Assembly: GCA_034676125.1 (NCBI GenBank)
Contig: JAUCCO010000002.1
Coordinates: 2,675 to 66,674, forward strand
Origin: Bacteroidia bacterium
Lineage (GTDB): Bacteria > Bacteroidota > Bacteroidia > UKL13-3
Length of the DNA: 64,000 bases
Direction of reading: 5' to 3'
Shown one piece after another: positions 1-10,087 of the stretch (its first letter is position 1; every line of letters starts with the position of its first letter). The notes under the pieces are model-generated. The model saw only the letters and a list, made by a program, of their open reading frames with translations. It had not been told where the DNA came from and did not search any database. The translations under genes were made by a program, and so were the position numbers.

Positions 1-2046
1 TTTTCCGCTTTAAAAATATTCGAAAAGTTAAACGATAAAAAAGGAATCATATATCAATACATAAACATTGGATTAATTTACCAAAATCAAAAAAACTATA
101 CCATTTCAAGTGGCGCTTTTATTCGAGCTTTATATTTATCAAACCAAATCGAGTTTAAAGAGGGTGTAATTTTAGCCTATAATAATCTTGGCATTAATTG
201 TTTGTCGCAAAACCAATTTACCGAAGCATTAAATTATTTTACCCTAGTATTAAAGCACGATTTAAAAAGTGGTGATAATAAAAATATTGGCGGTTCGTAC
301 AACAATATTGGTATGGTTTATTTAGGTTTAAAGGATGCTAAGTTGGCTGAAAATTATTTCCTAAAATCGTTGGTTTATAAAACAACTGCTGATGATAAAG
401 CAGGAATAGCAAATACCTATAATAACCTTGCTGAAACTTATCTTATTGCTAACTTAAATAAGGTACAAGAATACTTGCTAAAAGCTAGAGCCATTGCCAC
501 TCAAAATAATTTTAGAAGTGTATTAATTGAGAATTATCAAATTGCTTATAAGTACCATAAACAGATTGGTGATTTTAAAGAATCATTAAATAATTACGAA
601 CGTTTTGTGGCCATTCAAGATTCGTTAAAGTTAGATGAGTTAAGTATTAGAATAGCACATGTAACCAAACAATACGAAACTGAAAAGGCGGCAAAAGAGT
701 ACGTACAAATTGAAAAAGATTTTACCAAGCAAATATTTATTAAACGAATTTTAATAGCAGTAATATTATTATTAATTACACTTGCTGGTTTAATGTATTT
801 TATCGCATTAAAAAGACGAAAATTATACGATAAGTTAGCTAAACAGAAAAAACTGATATTCAAGAAAAACAAAAAACTGCACCAGCAAATTATTGCTACC
901 AGAAATGCTAAAAATATTGCTGAAAGTGCCAATAGGGCAAAGTCTCAGTTTCTTTCTATTATGAGTCATGAGATAAGAACACCACTTAATGCTGTTATTG
1001 GTTTAGCAAATTTACTTGCTGATGATAACCCTCGTGATGACCAAAAAGAAAACATAGAAGTGTTAAAAACATCATCAACCATATTGCTTGCAACACTTAA
1101 TGATGTGTTAGACTTAAGTAAAATTGATGCTGGTAAAATGGAGGTTGAAGAGGTAGAGTTTGACTTGTTAAATAACTTACAAACCCTACAGGACTTATTT
1201 ATTACAAGTGCTAAAAATAAAAATGTAAAATTAACCTTAATCGCTGATACTTCTATTCCTAAAGTTTTAATTGGTGATGTGTTTCACTTAAATCAAATTT
1301 TATCAAACTTAATAAGTAATGCAATAAAGTTTACTCAGCATGGTGGTGTAAGCATAGTTGCAAATTGCCTAAGCGAGCATGAGGAGTTTAGTACAATACA
1401 GTTTAAAATAATAGATACAGGAATAGGTATTGATAAAGACAAAATGGTTACTATCTTTGATGTGTTTACGCAAGCTGACACAAATACTACACGAAAGTAT
1501 GGTGGAACAGGATTAGGATTGGCCATTTGTAAAAAACTATTACTAATACAAGGCGCAGTTTTAACTGTAAAAAGTGAAGTTGGTATTGGCTCGGAGTTTA
1601 GTTTCGAGTTAAATTTTAAAAAGAGCACCTTAGTTAAAAACATAATTAATAAGAACCTAATGGACAACACTACAGAAATTAATCTTACAGGAAAAAATAT
1701 TTTAATAGCAGAGGATAACCAAATAAATGTATTTGTAATAAAGCAGTTTCTTATAAAGTGGGGTGCAACAATAACAGTGGCCGAAAACGGAAAACAAGCA
1801 TTAGATTTAGCTACAAATGCTGATTTTGATGTGGTTTTAATGGATCTTCACATGCCAGTAATGGATGGTTATGATGCTGCTAAAGAGATTTTAAAAGTTA
1901 AACCAAATGCTAAAATAATTGCAATTACGGCAACCACCGAAGACGAAGCTAGCAGTAGTATTTATAGTGCAGGTATGATTGACTTTGTAATGAAACCATT
2001 TCAGCCAGATGATTTGGCCAATAAAATAAGTAAGGCTATTGGTTAA
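1..2046 (+). CDS. TPR-repeat hybrid sensor histidine kinase/response regulator (5' end lies outside the window)
   Basis: Frame 1 has no stop from base 1 to the TTG at 202, and the upstream residues continue the TPR-like YNNLGI repeats. One TM segment is present. H-box SHEIRTPLN, ATPase boxes DTGIGI and GGTGLGL, and a C-terminal receiver (EDNQIN...VLMDLHMPVMDG) follow. Confidence 0.9.
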   Translation, partial: FSALKIFEKLNDKKGIIYQYINIGLIYQNQKNYTISSGAFIRALYLSNQIEFKEGVILAYNNLGINCLSQNQFTEALNYFTLVLKHDLKSGDNKNIGGSYNNIGMVYLGLKDAKLAENYFLKSLVYKTTADDKAGIANTYNNLAETYLIANLNKVQEYLLKARAIATQNNFRSVLIENYQIAYKYHKQIGDFKESLNNYERFVAIQDSLKLDELSIRIAHVTKQYETEKAAKEYVQIEKDFTKQIFIKRILIAVILLLITLAGLMYFIALKRRKLYDKLAKQKKLIFKKNKKLHQQIIATRNAKNIAESANRAKSQFLSIMSHEIRTPLNAVIGLANLLADDNPRDDQKENIEVLKTSSTILLATLNDVLDLSKIDAGKMEVEEVEFDLLNNLQTLQDLFITSAKNKNVKLTLIADTSIPKVLIGDVFHLNQILSNLISNAIKFTQHGGVSIVANCLSEHEEFSTIQFKIIDTGIGIDKDKMVTIFDVFTQADTNTTRKYGGTGLGLAICKKLLLIQGAVLTVKSEVGIGSEFSFELNFKKSTLVKNIINKNLMDNTTEINLTGKNILIAEDNQINVFVIKQFLIKWGATITVAENGKQALDLATNADFDVVLMDLHMPVMDGYDAAKEILKVKPNAKIIAITATTEDEASSSIYSAGMIDFVMKPFQPDDLANKISKAIG

Positions 2047-2776
2047 CTACTAAAGTTGGATATTTTCTAAACCAACTCTTTATTTTCATACTAATAACGC
2101 CCCAAACAGCTTCTTTAATAATCCCTTTGCTAATTTTAGATTGTCCACGTGTTCGGTCAGTAAAAATAATAGGAACTTCAGTTACTTTAAATCCATGTTT
2201 CCATGCGGTAAATTTCATTTCAATCTGAAATGCATAACCTCTAAATTTTATCCTATCTAAATCTATCGTACGTAATACATTTTGGTGATAACAAACAAAT
2301 CCGGCTGTGGTATCATGCACATCAATACCAGTAATAAAACGTACATATTTACTTGCAAAAAAAGATAGCATTACCCTGCTCATTGGCCAATTTACCACGT
2401 TTACTCCCGTTGCATAACGGCTTCCTACGGTCATTCCTTCGTGTTTGGTACATGCTTCATATAACCTAAGTAAATCTGCTGGATTATGGCTAAAGTCGGC
2501 ATCCATCTCAAATATATATTCGTAACCTTTATTTAAACACCATTTAAATCCATCAATATAAGCAGTTCCTAATCCACTTTTCTGCTTACGTTCAAGCATA
2601 TGTAAGTCTGGATAGTTTTGTTGAAGCTCTTTTACTCTTTTACCTGTTCCATCTGGCGAGTTATCATCCACAATCAGCACATCAAATGGTTGCGAAAGGT
2701 CAAATACGGCCTTAGTAATCAAGTCGATGTTCTCAATTTCGTTGTATGTAGGAATAATAACTATGCGCTTGTTCAA
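2036..2776 (-). CDS. family 2 glycosyltransferase, polyprenol-phosphate mannose synthase-like
   Basis: Motifs IIPTYNE, VDDNSPDGT and EMDADFSH are typical of Dpm1/Ppm1-like GT2 enzymes. The start is TTG. The 3' end overlaps the kinase gene convergently by 11 nt. Confidence 0.8.
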   Translation of the reverse strand: MNKRIVIIPTYNEIENIDLITKAVFDLSQPFDVLIVDDNSPDGTGKRVKELQQNYPDLHMLERKQKSGLGTAYIDGFKWCLNKGYEYIFEMDADFSHNPADLLRLYEACTKHEGMTVGSRYATGVNVVNWPMSRVMLSFFASKYVRFITGIDVHDTTAGFVCYHQNVLRTIDLDRIKFRGYAFQIEMKFTAWKHGFKVTEVPIIFTDRTRGQSKISKGIIKEAVWGVISMKIKSWFRKYPTLVVNQ

Positions 2777-2835
2777 GTGTCTAAATTTTATTCAATAATA
2801 TCATTAAACATTAAAATAGTCAATAAATTACTTAA

Positions 2836-3336
2836 TTGCATGATAATATGATTAAGTTAATTCTGTTTGATAGAGATGGTGTTTTAAACAAAGAGCTGGG
2901 CAAATACGTTAGCCAGGTTGAAGATTTTGAGGTTTTGCCACATGTAATTCCTAACTTAATTAAATTAAAAAAAGCCGGAATAAATTTTACAATTATTACA
3001 AATCAAGGCGGAATTGCCAAAGGATTGTATTCTCACCAAACTTTAGCACAAATACATCAAAAGTTAATCAACTTATTAGCTCAGCACCAATTGGCCTTTA
3101 ACGAAATTTATTATTGCCCACATCATCCAGATTTTGGCAACTGTATCTGTCGTAAACCCAATAGTGTAATGATAGAAAAAACATTGGCACGTTTTGGTAT
3201 TAAGCCTAACCAAGCAATTATGATTGGTGATAACTTACGTGATATAGAAGCCGCCAATGCCGCGGGTGTTAAGGCATACAAAGTAGAACCTAACCAAGAT
3301 TGGAGTTATATAATTGATGAAATTTTAACCCAGTAA
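2836..3336 (+). CDS. HAD-IIIA family phosphatase (GmhB-like D,D-heptose-1,7-bisphosphate phosphatase)
   Basis: Motifs LFDRDGVLN, TNQGGIAKG, CxCRKP and GDNLRDIEAANAAG are present. The true start may be the second Met at 2848. Confidence 0.75.
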   Translation: MHDNMIKLILFDRDGVLNKELGKYVSQVEDFEVLPHVIPNLIKLKKAGINFTIITNQGGIAKGLYSHQTLAQIHQKLINLLAQHQLAFNEIYYCPHHPDFGNCICRKPNSVMIEKTLARFGIKPNQAIMIGDNLRDIEAANAAGVKAYKVEPNQDWSYIIDEILTQ

Positions 3337-3404
3337 GGTAAAAAAACAATAAAAGGGTTTAGTAAAACAGTAAACCTCCACCAAGTTGATTATATTCGCA
3401 GCAT

Positions 3405-4073
3405 ATGTCAATAATTATAGCTCCTTCCGTTTTATCAGCCGATTTTGCCAACTTACAGCGCGATATCGAAATGATTAACCAAAGCCAAGCAGATTGGTTT
3501 CATGTGGATATTATGGATGGCATGTTTGTGCCTAATATTTCTTTTGGTTTTCCGGTAATTAAAGCAATTAAAAAACACGCTAAAAAACCTTTAGATGTGC
3601 ATTTAATGATTGTTGATCCTGACAGGTATTTAAATGATTTTAAACAAGCTGGTGCAGATATGTTAACAGTACATATTGAAGTGTGTAACCATTTACACCG
3701 CACGGTTGGTGCAATAAAAGAATTAAGAATGAAGGCTGGGGTAGCGCTTAATCCGCACACACCTGTTAGTTTTCTTCAAGATATTATTGCCGATATTGAT
3801 TTGGTGTGTATGATGAGCGTGAATCCTGGTTTTGGTGGTCAAAAATTTATTGAAAATACGTATGCTAAAACTAGCGAGTTAAGCGAATTAATAGCGCAAA
3901 AAAATAGCCATGCATTAATCGAAATTGATGGTGGTGTTAATCAAGCCAACGCGGGTAAATTAATGGCTGCTGGTGCAAGTGTTTTAGTTGCCGGAAACTT
4001 TGTATTTAGTTCGGATAATCCAACTCAAACCATAGCCACTTTAAAACAAACTACACCTAATCATACACTTTAA
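3405..4073 (+). CDS. rpe: ribulose-phosphate 3-epimerase
   Basis: Motifs PSVLSADF, HVDIMDGMFVPNISFG, MSVNPGFGGQKF and IEIDGGV are present, and the 222-aa length is typical. Confidence 0.93.
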   Translation: MSIIIAPSVLSADFANLQRDIEMINQSQADWFHVDIMDGMFVPNISFGFPVIKAIKKHAKKPLDVHLMIVDPDRYLNDFKQAGADMLTVHIEVCNHLHRTVGAIKELRMKAGVALNPHTPVSFLQDIIADIDLVCMMSVNPGFGGQKFIENTYAKTSELSELIAQKNSHALIEIDGGVNQANAGKLMAAGASVLVAGNFVFSSDNPTQTIATLKQTTPNHTL

Positions 4074-4100
4074 CCGCTTTTTTTCGTTAGTTAAAACTTA

Positions 4101-6587
4101 ATGCGCTATACACTTACTTTACTATTTATTTGGGTAATAACTTTTGCTGTAAATGCGCAGCAAAATCAATACTCGGTAGTGTATGGTAGTGTTAAAGATA
4201 GTTTAGGAAAACCTATTGCTGATGCCAATATTTATTTGTTAGAAACCAATGTAACAACTACCAGTAAAGAAGATGGCTCATACAAAATTACCGTTCCTGC
4301 AAATAAAGAAGTAAGTTTAGCATTTACTTTTGTAGGTCAACCTCCATATAAAACCAATATTGGTCCGCTTGCTGTAAACCAGCGTTTTTTGCTTGATGTA
4401 ACCATGAGTTACACTTTAAAATTAGGCGTATTTACCTACAACGAAGAAATAAATAGAGATAAAGCAAGCACCACCACAATTGATATTAAAGAAATAAAAA
4501 AACTGCCCAATATATCAGGAAGTTTTGAGCAGGTTTTAAAAACCTTACCAGGTGTAACTTCTAATAATGAGTTAAGCTCGCAATACAATGTGCGCGGAGG
4601 AAATTATGATGAGAATTTAATTTATGTAAACGATATTGAAATTTACCGACCATTTTTACCTCGAAGTGGCCAGCAAGAAGGCTTAAGCTTTATCCATACT
4701 GAGTTGGTTCAAAATATCAGGTTTTCAGCAGGTGGTTTCGAAGCGCGTTATGGTGATAAAATGTCTTCTGTATTAGATATAAAATATAAAAGTCCTACAA
4801 AGTTTGCTGCGTCTGCAAATGTTAGTTTAATGGGTGCACAAGCCCATGCCGAAGGCGCTACTAAAAATTTACGATTTACTTATTTGCTTAGTGCTAGATA
4901 TTGGAGTAACCAGTATGTTGTTTCTACACTTGATGTGCAAGGCGATTATAAACCTAGTTTTAGTGATGTGCAAACATTACTTACCTGGCATCCTAGCGCT
5001 AGTTTAAGCATTAGTGCTTTGGGAAGTTATGCCCGCAATAAATATTTAGTTATTCCCCAAACACGCGAAACTACTTTTGGTACAGTTAAGGAAGCACTGC
5101 AATTAAAAATGTTTTTTGATGGACAAGATTTAATGGAATATCAAACGGCTACTGGTGCACTTTCTTTTAATTATACACCAAATAGGTTTACCCAGCTTAA
5201 GTTAATTAGCAGTGTATTTAACTCAAACGAAAACGAATTATTTACAGTTGAAGGTGCATATAGATTAGAAGAAGTTGAAACCGATTTTGGTAATGATAAT
5301 TTTGGTAAATCGCGCGCTACAAAAGGTATTGGATATTTTTTAAACAATGCCCGAAACCGCATTAATGCTACCGTTTATAATGTTGGGCATCGTGGTTACC
5401 GAACCATTAATAACCATAATTTACAATGGGGTGCACAAGTGCAAGGCGAAATAATTACCGATAAAATTAACGAGTGGGATTATAAAGATTCGTTAGGTTT
5501 TGCGCAGCCTTCGCAAATTAATGGAATGCCTGTTGTATTAAATTACTTAAACACCACCATTAATTTAAATAGTTATCGTTTAAGTGGCTATGTACAAAAT
5601 ACCCAAAAGCTAAATAAAGATTATAATTTTCAGGCCACTTATGGCATACGTACCAATTGGTGGAGTTTTAATAAAGAAAATGTTTTTAGCCCAAGGATAC
5701 AATTAAGTATCGAACCCAATAGAAAATACAATAGGGCAATTTTAAATGGTACACGAATAGGAAAAGTTAGACGTGATATAAACTTAAAGGCTGCATTTGG
5801 GTACTATTATCAACCGCCTTTTTACCGTGAGTTACGTGGGTTTGATGGTGTACTTAACCCAAATATTAAAGCACAAAAAGCCATACATTATGTGTTGGGT
5901 GGCGATATGGATTTTAAAATCTGGAACAGGAAATTTCGCTTTTTTGCCGAAGCTTATTACAAAAAGTTAGAGAACTTAATTCCTTACGAAATTGATAATG
6001 TTCGTATTAGATATTATGCTGATAACATTGCCGAAGGTTATGCTGGTGGCCTTGATATGCGTATTAATGGTGAGTTTGTTAAAGGTGCCGAAAGTTGGAT
6101 GAGTTTAAGTATCATGCAAACCCAAGAACGTATTCCTAGTGCTATTGTTTTTGATGATGCGGGTAACCGAATTACACCTGGTTATATTCCTCGCCCTACC
6201 GATCAACGTGCTACTTTTAGTATGTTTTTTCAAGATTACCTTAAAAATAATAAAAACTATAAAGTTAACCTTACTTTAGTTTTTGGTACTGGTTTACCAT
6301 TTGGCCCGCCAGATAGAAACCGATATAATGATATACAACGTGTGCCAGCTTACCGCAGGGTTGATATAGGTTTTTTAAGGGTATTGGTTGATGAGGATTC
6401 TGCTAACAAAACAGGCTGGCGTAAGTTCATAAAATCTGCTTGGGTTGGGGTTGATGTGTTTAATCTTTTAGCAATTAATAACACCATTTCACACATTTGG
6501 ATTGAGGATATTGAAGGAAGAACTTGGGCTGTACCTAACTACCTTACCAATAGAAGGGTTAATATTAGGTTACAAGTTTACTTCTAA
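4101..6587 (+). CDS. TonB-dependent receptor-like outer membrane protein with N-terminal carboxypeptidase-regulatory-like domain
   Basis: It has a signal peptide, a CarboxypepD_reg-like segment (GSVKDSLGKPIADANIYLL...DGSYKITVP) and a plug-like region. A long beta-rich barrel ends in an aromatic residue (RLQVYF). Confidence 0.75.
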   Translation: MRYTLTLLFIWVITFAVNAQQNQYSVVYGSVKDSLGKPIADANIYLLETNVTTTSKEDGSYKITVPANKEVSLAFTFVGQPPYKTNIGPLAVNQRFLLDVTMSYTLKLGVFTYNEEINRDKASTTTIDIKEIKKLPNISGSFEQVLKTLPGVTSNNELSSQYNVRGGNYDENLIYVNDIEIYRPFLPRSGQQEGLSFIHTELVQNIRFSAGGFEARYGDKMSSVLDIKYKSPTKFAASANVSLMGAQAHAEGATKNLRFTYLLSARYWSNQYVVSTLDVQGDYKPSFSDVQTLLTWHPSASLSISALGSYARNKYLVIPQTRETTFGTVKEALQLKMFFDGQDLMEYQTATGALSFNYTPNRFTQLKLISSVFNSNENELFTVEGAYRLEEVETDFGNDNFGKSRATKGIGYFLNNARNRINATVYNVGHRGYRTINNHNLQWGAQVQGEIITDKINEWDYKDSLGFAQPSQINGMPVVLNYLNTTINLNSYRLSGYVQNTQKLNKDYNFQATYGIRTNWWSFNKENVFSPRIQLSIEPNRKYNRAILNGTRIGKVRRDINLKAAFGYYYQPPFYRELRGFDGVLNPNIKAQKAIHYVLGGDMDFKIWNRKFRFFAEAYYKKLENLIPYEIDNVRIRYYADNIAEGYAGGLDMRINGEFVKGAESWMSLSIMQTQERIPSAIVFDDAGNRITPGYIPRPTDQRATFSMFFQDYLKNNKNYKVNLTLVFGTGLPFGPPDRNRYNDIQRVPAYRRVDIGFLRVLVDEDSANKTGWRKFIKSAWVGVDVFNLLAINNTISHIWIEDIEGRTWAVPNYLTNRRVNIRLQVYF

Positions 6588-6595
6588 AAACAAAA

Positions 6596-6698
6596 AATGG
6601 GCAAGCCAAAGTATCGCACCGCTACAACCACTTACCCTTGCTACATTCCTGTCCTGGGGGATTCAGCAGGAGCTGGTCGTACCCGACTTACCCAAGCG
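6596..6698 (-). ncRNA. ffs: signal recognition particle RNA (small bacterial 4.5S type)
   Basis: The minus strand reads GGGUAAGUCGGG...CCAGG-ACA-GGAA-UGU-AGCAAGG...UUGGCUUGCCC. This matches the domain IV signature CAGG-helix-GGAA tetraloop-helix-AGCA. The 5' GGGUAAGUC pairs with the 3' GGCUUGCCC. A consensus promoter sits upstream and a U-run (AUUUUUUGUUUUU) follows. The ends are approximate. Confidence 0.85.
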
Positions 6699-6729
6699 CA
6701 AAAGTATGTTTTTAAACTATTTCAACAAA
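6699..6729 (-). promoter_or_regulatory. Bacteroidota sigma-A type promoter of ffs
   Basis: The minus strand has TTTG (6729-6726), a 19-nt spacer and TACTTTTG (6706-6699). This lies about 5 nt upstream of the GGG that opens the SRP closing helix. Confidence 0.75.
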
Positions 6730-6768
6730 CTTATCTTTACAAAACACTTAATTTATTTAGCTTTGAGC

Positions 6769-7827
6769 ATGTTAAAATTTAAAAATCTAAAATGGGTTGC
6801 CAATCTTTTAGTTATTTGTTTGGCCATGGTACTAATGCAGCACAATGCATTTGCACAAAAAGAACCCACAAGTAAAATCATACAGGTTTATGTAACCAAG
6901 TTGCAACAAAGCACAAATTTGCTTAATAATTTTATATCACAAAAAAAGGGCATCGTATACAATACCAATTTATCCGACAATAAATATTACACACAGTTTT
7001 CAATACCCTTAACAGATTTAAATAGCCTCGACTCGTTGGCTAATGTTATGGGTTATGTTCGTCAAAACTCATACAATACCCAAAATATTCAAGAAGAAAT
7101 TAATAAACTTCAATCTCAAATTGATGGCTTAAAATTTGAAAACAATATTTATTTGCGCCAAATTGCCGACTCCGTTTATACAGGAAATACCCAAAAAGAT
7201 ATTACCAATAAAATAACAAATAATTTGCGCAGCATTGCCTCGCTAGAAGTTAATATAAACAAGCTAGAATTAAGTGCAAACGACCAAATGTGCAAAGTAC
7301 AATTTACCATAAACGATGAGTTAAGCACACCTAATAACTCACGCGTTTCATTTGTAAACATGCCAGGTATCGAGTACGGTTATTTGTTTATCGAAAATCC
7401 AATGCAAGGTATAAGTGCTAAAGGATATCAAGGTGCTACCATCAAATACATGTTTACACGTGGTAAAAGTTATTTTAATTTAGGTGTTTATAGGGCTTTA
7501 AATAATAATACTAGTGATACCTCATTAATAAACGAATTGTTTATGATAAACTTTGGTCAAGATTTTTATCCGCGTAATTTTGGTAGAGGTAAACGTAGGT
7601 TCTTAAATCTTTATACAGGTTATCAAATTGGTGGATTTATCAGCAATCAAAACAATAATCAAAATAGTAAGTTTATACCTAACGCAAACATTAGTTTTGG
7701 AGTTGAATTAATTAAAACAAAACATATTTTGGTTGATAATAAAGTGAGTTATTTTTTACCTTTAAACGAGTTAAACAGAAACATGCGTGGTATACTTTAT
7801 CAAGCATCATTTAACTTTGTTTTTTAG
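6769..7827 (+). CDS. hypothetical secreted/outer-membrane protein (coiled-coil N-terminal half, beta-rich C-terminal half)
   Basis: The ATG at 6769 gives a signal peptide (MLKFKNLKWVANLLVICLAMVLMQHNAFAQ). The track's upstream extension from 6502 overlaps the receptor gene and ffs. The C-terminus ends FNFVF, which is OMP-like. I recognise no family. Confidence 0.6.
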   Translation: MLKFKNLKWVANLLVICLAMVLMQHNAFAQKEPTSKIIQVYVTKLQQSTNLLNNFISQKKGIVYNTNLSDNKYYTQFSIPLTDLNSLDSLANVMGYVRQNSYNTQNIQEEINKLQSQIDGLKFENNIYLRQIADSVYTGNTQKDITNKITNNLRSIASLEVNINKLELSANDQMCKVQFTINDELSTPNNSRVSFVNMPGIEYGYLFIENPMQGISAKGYQGATIKYMFTRGKSYFNLGVYRALNNNTSDTSLINELFMINFGQDFYPRNFGRGKRRFLNLYTGYQIGGFISNQNNNQNSKFIPNANISFGVELIKTKHILVDNKVSYFLPLNELNRNMRGILYQASFNFVF

Positions 7828-7896
7828 TAATACAATTAAACACAATTAGTATTTTTGAAACTTTATCTATATCAAAAAAGTAAATAGTAAAACAGT

Positions 7897-9516
7897 ATGC
7901 AACATTTAGTAAACGAGTTAAACACACGATTAGAAAAAATATACGAAGGTGGCGGGAAAAAAGCAGCAGCCAAACAAAAAGATAAAGGTAAAATGTTGGC
8001 ACGTGAGCGTGTTGAATATTTATTAGATAAAGATAAACCTAGAATAGAAATTGGTGCTTTAGCTGGGTTTGATATGTATGAAGAACATGGTGGTTGCCCA
8101 GGTGGTGGAGTAGTGGTAGAGATGGGATACGTTAGCGGCAAACAATGTATTGTAGTAGCTAATGATGCAACTGTAAAGGCCGGTGCTTGGTTCCCTATTA
8201 CTGGTAAAAAGAATTTACGTGCACAAGAAATTGCCATCGAAAACAAATTACCTATTATTTATTTGGTTGATAGTGCGGGAGTTTATCTTCCTATGCAAGA
8301 TGAAATTTTTCCAGATAAAGAACATTTTGGTCGCATGTTTAGAAACAATGCAGTAATGAGTAGCATGGGAATTACCCAAATTGCTGCTGTAATGGGAAGT
8401 TGTGTAGCTGGTGGTGCTTATTTACCAATTATGAGCGATGAAGCCATGATTGTAGATAAAACTGGTTCGATATTTTTAGCTGGAAGTTATTTAGTAAAAG
8501 CCGCTATTGGCGAAGATATAGACAACGAAACGCTAGGTGGTGCATCAACCCATTGCGAAATTAGTGGTGTTACCGATTATAAGTTTGAAAATGATGCTGC
8601 ATGTTTAGATCGCATAAAAAGTATTATGGATAAAATTGGCGATTTTGATAAGGCTGGGTTTAATAGAATAGCACCAATAGCGCCAGCTAAATTAATGGAT
8701 GATGTGTATGATGCTGTAAATAATTTTGCAAAACCATTTAGTGTAATGCACATTATTGAAAGACTAGTTGATGCAAATAGTTTTGATCCTTACAAAGAGC
8801 TTTATGGCAAAACAATTACTTGCGGATATGCGCGTATTGATGGTTGGGCAGTGGGTATTGTAGCCAATAACAGAGAAGTGGTGAAAGCCAAAAAACCAAA
8901 ACAAAGTGCAAACGATAACCCAATGGAAATGCAAATTGGTGGTGTTATTTATTCTGATTCTGCCGATAAAGCGGCACATTTTATTATGAACTGTAACCAG
9001 AAAAAAATTCCATTATTATTTTTACAAGATGTAACTGGTTTTATGGTAGGAAGCCGCAGTGAACAAGGTGGCATTATTAAGGATGGCGCAAAAATGGTTA
9101 ATGCACAAGCAAATTCTGTTGTACCTAAGTTTACCATTATTACTGGTAATAGTTATGGTGCAGGTAATTATGCCATGTGCGGCAAAGCGTACGACCCACG
9201 TTTGATAGCTGCTTGGCCTAATGCAAAAATTGCTGTTATGGGTGGCGAACAAGCGGCTAAGGTTTTATTACAAATTGAAGAGGCTTCATTAAAATCAAAA
9301 GGTAAAACTATTACTGATGAAGACAAAGCCGAATTGTTAAAAACCATAACAGATAGATACACCAAACAAACCGAACCTTATTATGCAGCAGCTCGTTTAT
9401 GGGTTGATGCAATTATACAACCAATTGATACCCGAAAATGGATTAGTATGGGAATTGAAGCTGCTAATCATGCGCCAATAACAAAGGCATTTAACCCTGG
9501 CGTAATTAGGGCATAA
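7897..9516 (+). CDS. acyl-CoA carboxylase carboxyltransferase (beta) subunit, methylcrotonyl/propionyl-CoA carboxylase type
   Basis: It is a 539-aa carboxyl transferase with two crotonase-like halves. Motifs include VVANDATVKAGAW, GSCVAGGAYLP and FLQDVTGFMVG. Confidence 0.88.
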   Translation: MQHLVNELNTRLEKIYEGGGKKAAAKQKDKGKMLARERVEYLLDKDKPRIEIGALAGFDMYEEHGGCPGGGVVVEMGYVSGKQCIVVANDATVKAGAWFPITGKKNLRAQEIAIENKLPIIYLVDSAGVYLPMQDEIFPDKEHFGRMFRNNAVMSSMGITQIAAVMGSCVAGGAYLPIMSDEAMIVDKTGSIFLAGSYLVKAAIGEDIDNETLGGASTHCEISGVTDYKFENDAACLDRIKSIMDKIGDFDKAGFNRIAPIAPAKLMDDVYDAVNNFAKPFSVMHIIERLVDANSFDPYKELYGKTITCGYARIDGWAVGIVANNREVVKAKKPKQSANDNPMEMQIGGVIYSDSADKAAHFIMNCNQKKIPLLFLQDVTGFMVGSRSEQGGIIKDGAKMVNAQANSVVPKFTIITGNSYGAGNYAMCGKAYDPRLIAAWPNAKIAVMGGEQAAKVLLQIEEASLKSKGKTITDEDKAELLKTITDRYTKQTEPYYAAARLWVDAIIQPIDTRKWISMGIEAANHAPITKAFNPGVIRA

Positions 9517-9530
9517 AAAATTTAAAATTA

Positions 9531-9556
9531 AGCTACCAATTTGGTGGCTTTTTTTA
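9531..9556. terminator. hairpin terminator between convergent genes
   Basis: AGCTACCA-att-TGGTGGCT is followed by T7. It sits between the convergent genes 7897-9516 (+) and 9554-10018 (-). Confidence 0.6.
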
Positions 9557-10018
9557 TACAATTTGGGTAATGATTGTGGTGGTTTTTGTAACTTCTATGG
9601 TTGCACCAATTGTTTTATTTATAAGTGCACTTGCAATAGGTGCACTAACAGATACAACAGCAATTTTTTGTCCTTCAAAATCTATCATACCTATACTGGT
9701 TGCTATTAATATAAGTTGATTGTTTTGGGTTTGTATTAAAGCTCCTTTTTGTACTTTACTATACACCAAATTTGCATCAATTAAAAGTAAGTTTGCTAAA
9801 TCATTTTTAGCTGCTACAAGTTGTTTGGCATTCATGTCGCGTGCTATTTGGCTCATGGCTCTACCTGTTTCATATTTATCTCCTGCACTGCTTTTATCTT
9901 CGCTGTTTGCACTTTCTTGTGCATCAAGCATAGCTTTTCCAAAAGCATCAATACGCTGTTGTATATGTTGCTGGCAGTAATCAATCAATCTCTTTTTAAA
10001 TTCAATAGTAATTTTCAT
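9554..10018 (-). CDS. GreA/GreB-like domain protein (function unknown)
   Basis: The C-terminal segment SAPIASALINKTIGATIEV resembles the GreA C-terminal motif SPxGxALxGxxxGdxxxV. The N-terminal part is helical. Confidence 0.5.
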   Translation of the reverse strand: MKITIEFKKRLIDYCQQHIQQRIDAFGKAMLDAQESANSEDKSSAGDKYETGRAMSQIARDMNAKQLVAAKNDLANLLLIDANLVYSKVQKGALIQTQNNQLILIATSIGMIDFEGQKIAVVSVSAPIASALINKTIGATIEVTKTTTIITQIV

Positions 10019-10087
10019 ACCCGATGTGCAATACTATATATAATCATTTAATTTCTTTTTTTATATTTACATCCATTATATTAACCC

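Noticed and set aside
2036-2046. The 11-nt convergent overlap between the hybrid kinase gene and the GT2 gene, considered as a regulatory feature.
   Set aside because: Short 3'-3' overlaps are common in compact bacterial genomes, and no associated structure is seen.
6502-6782. The N-terminal extension of ORF 6502-7827 and the ORF 6597-6782, considered as real coding sequence.
   Set aside because: They overlap the 3' end of the receptor gene and the minus-strand SRP RNA with its promoter. The residues have no protein-like pattern. The ATG at 6769 yields a proper signal peptide.
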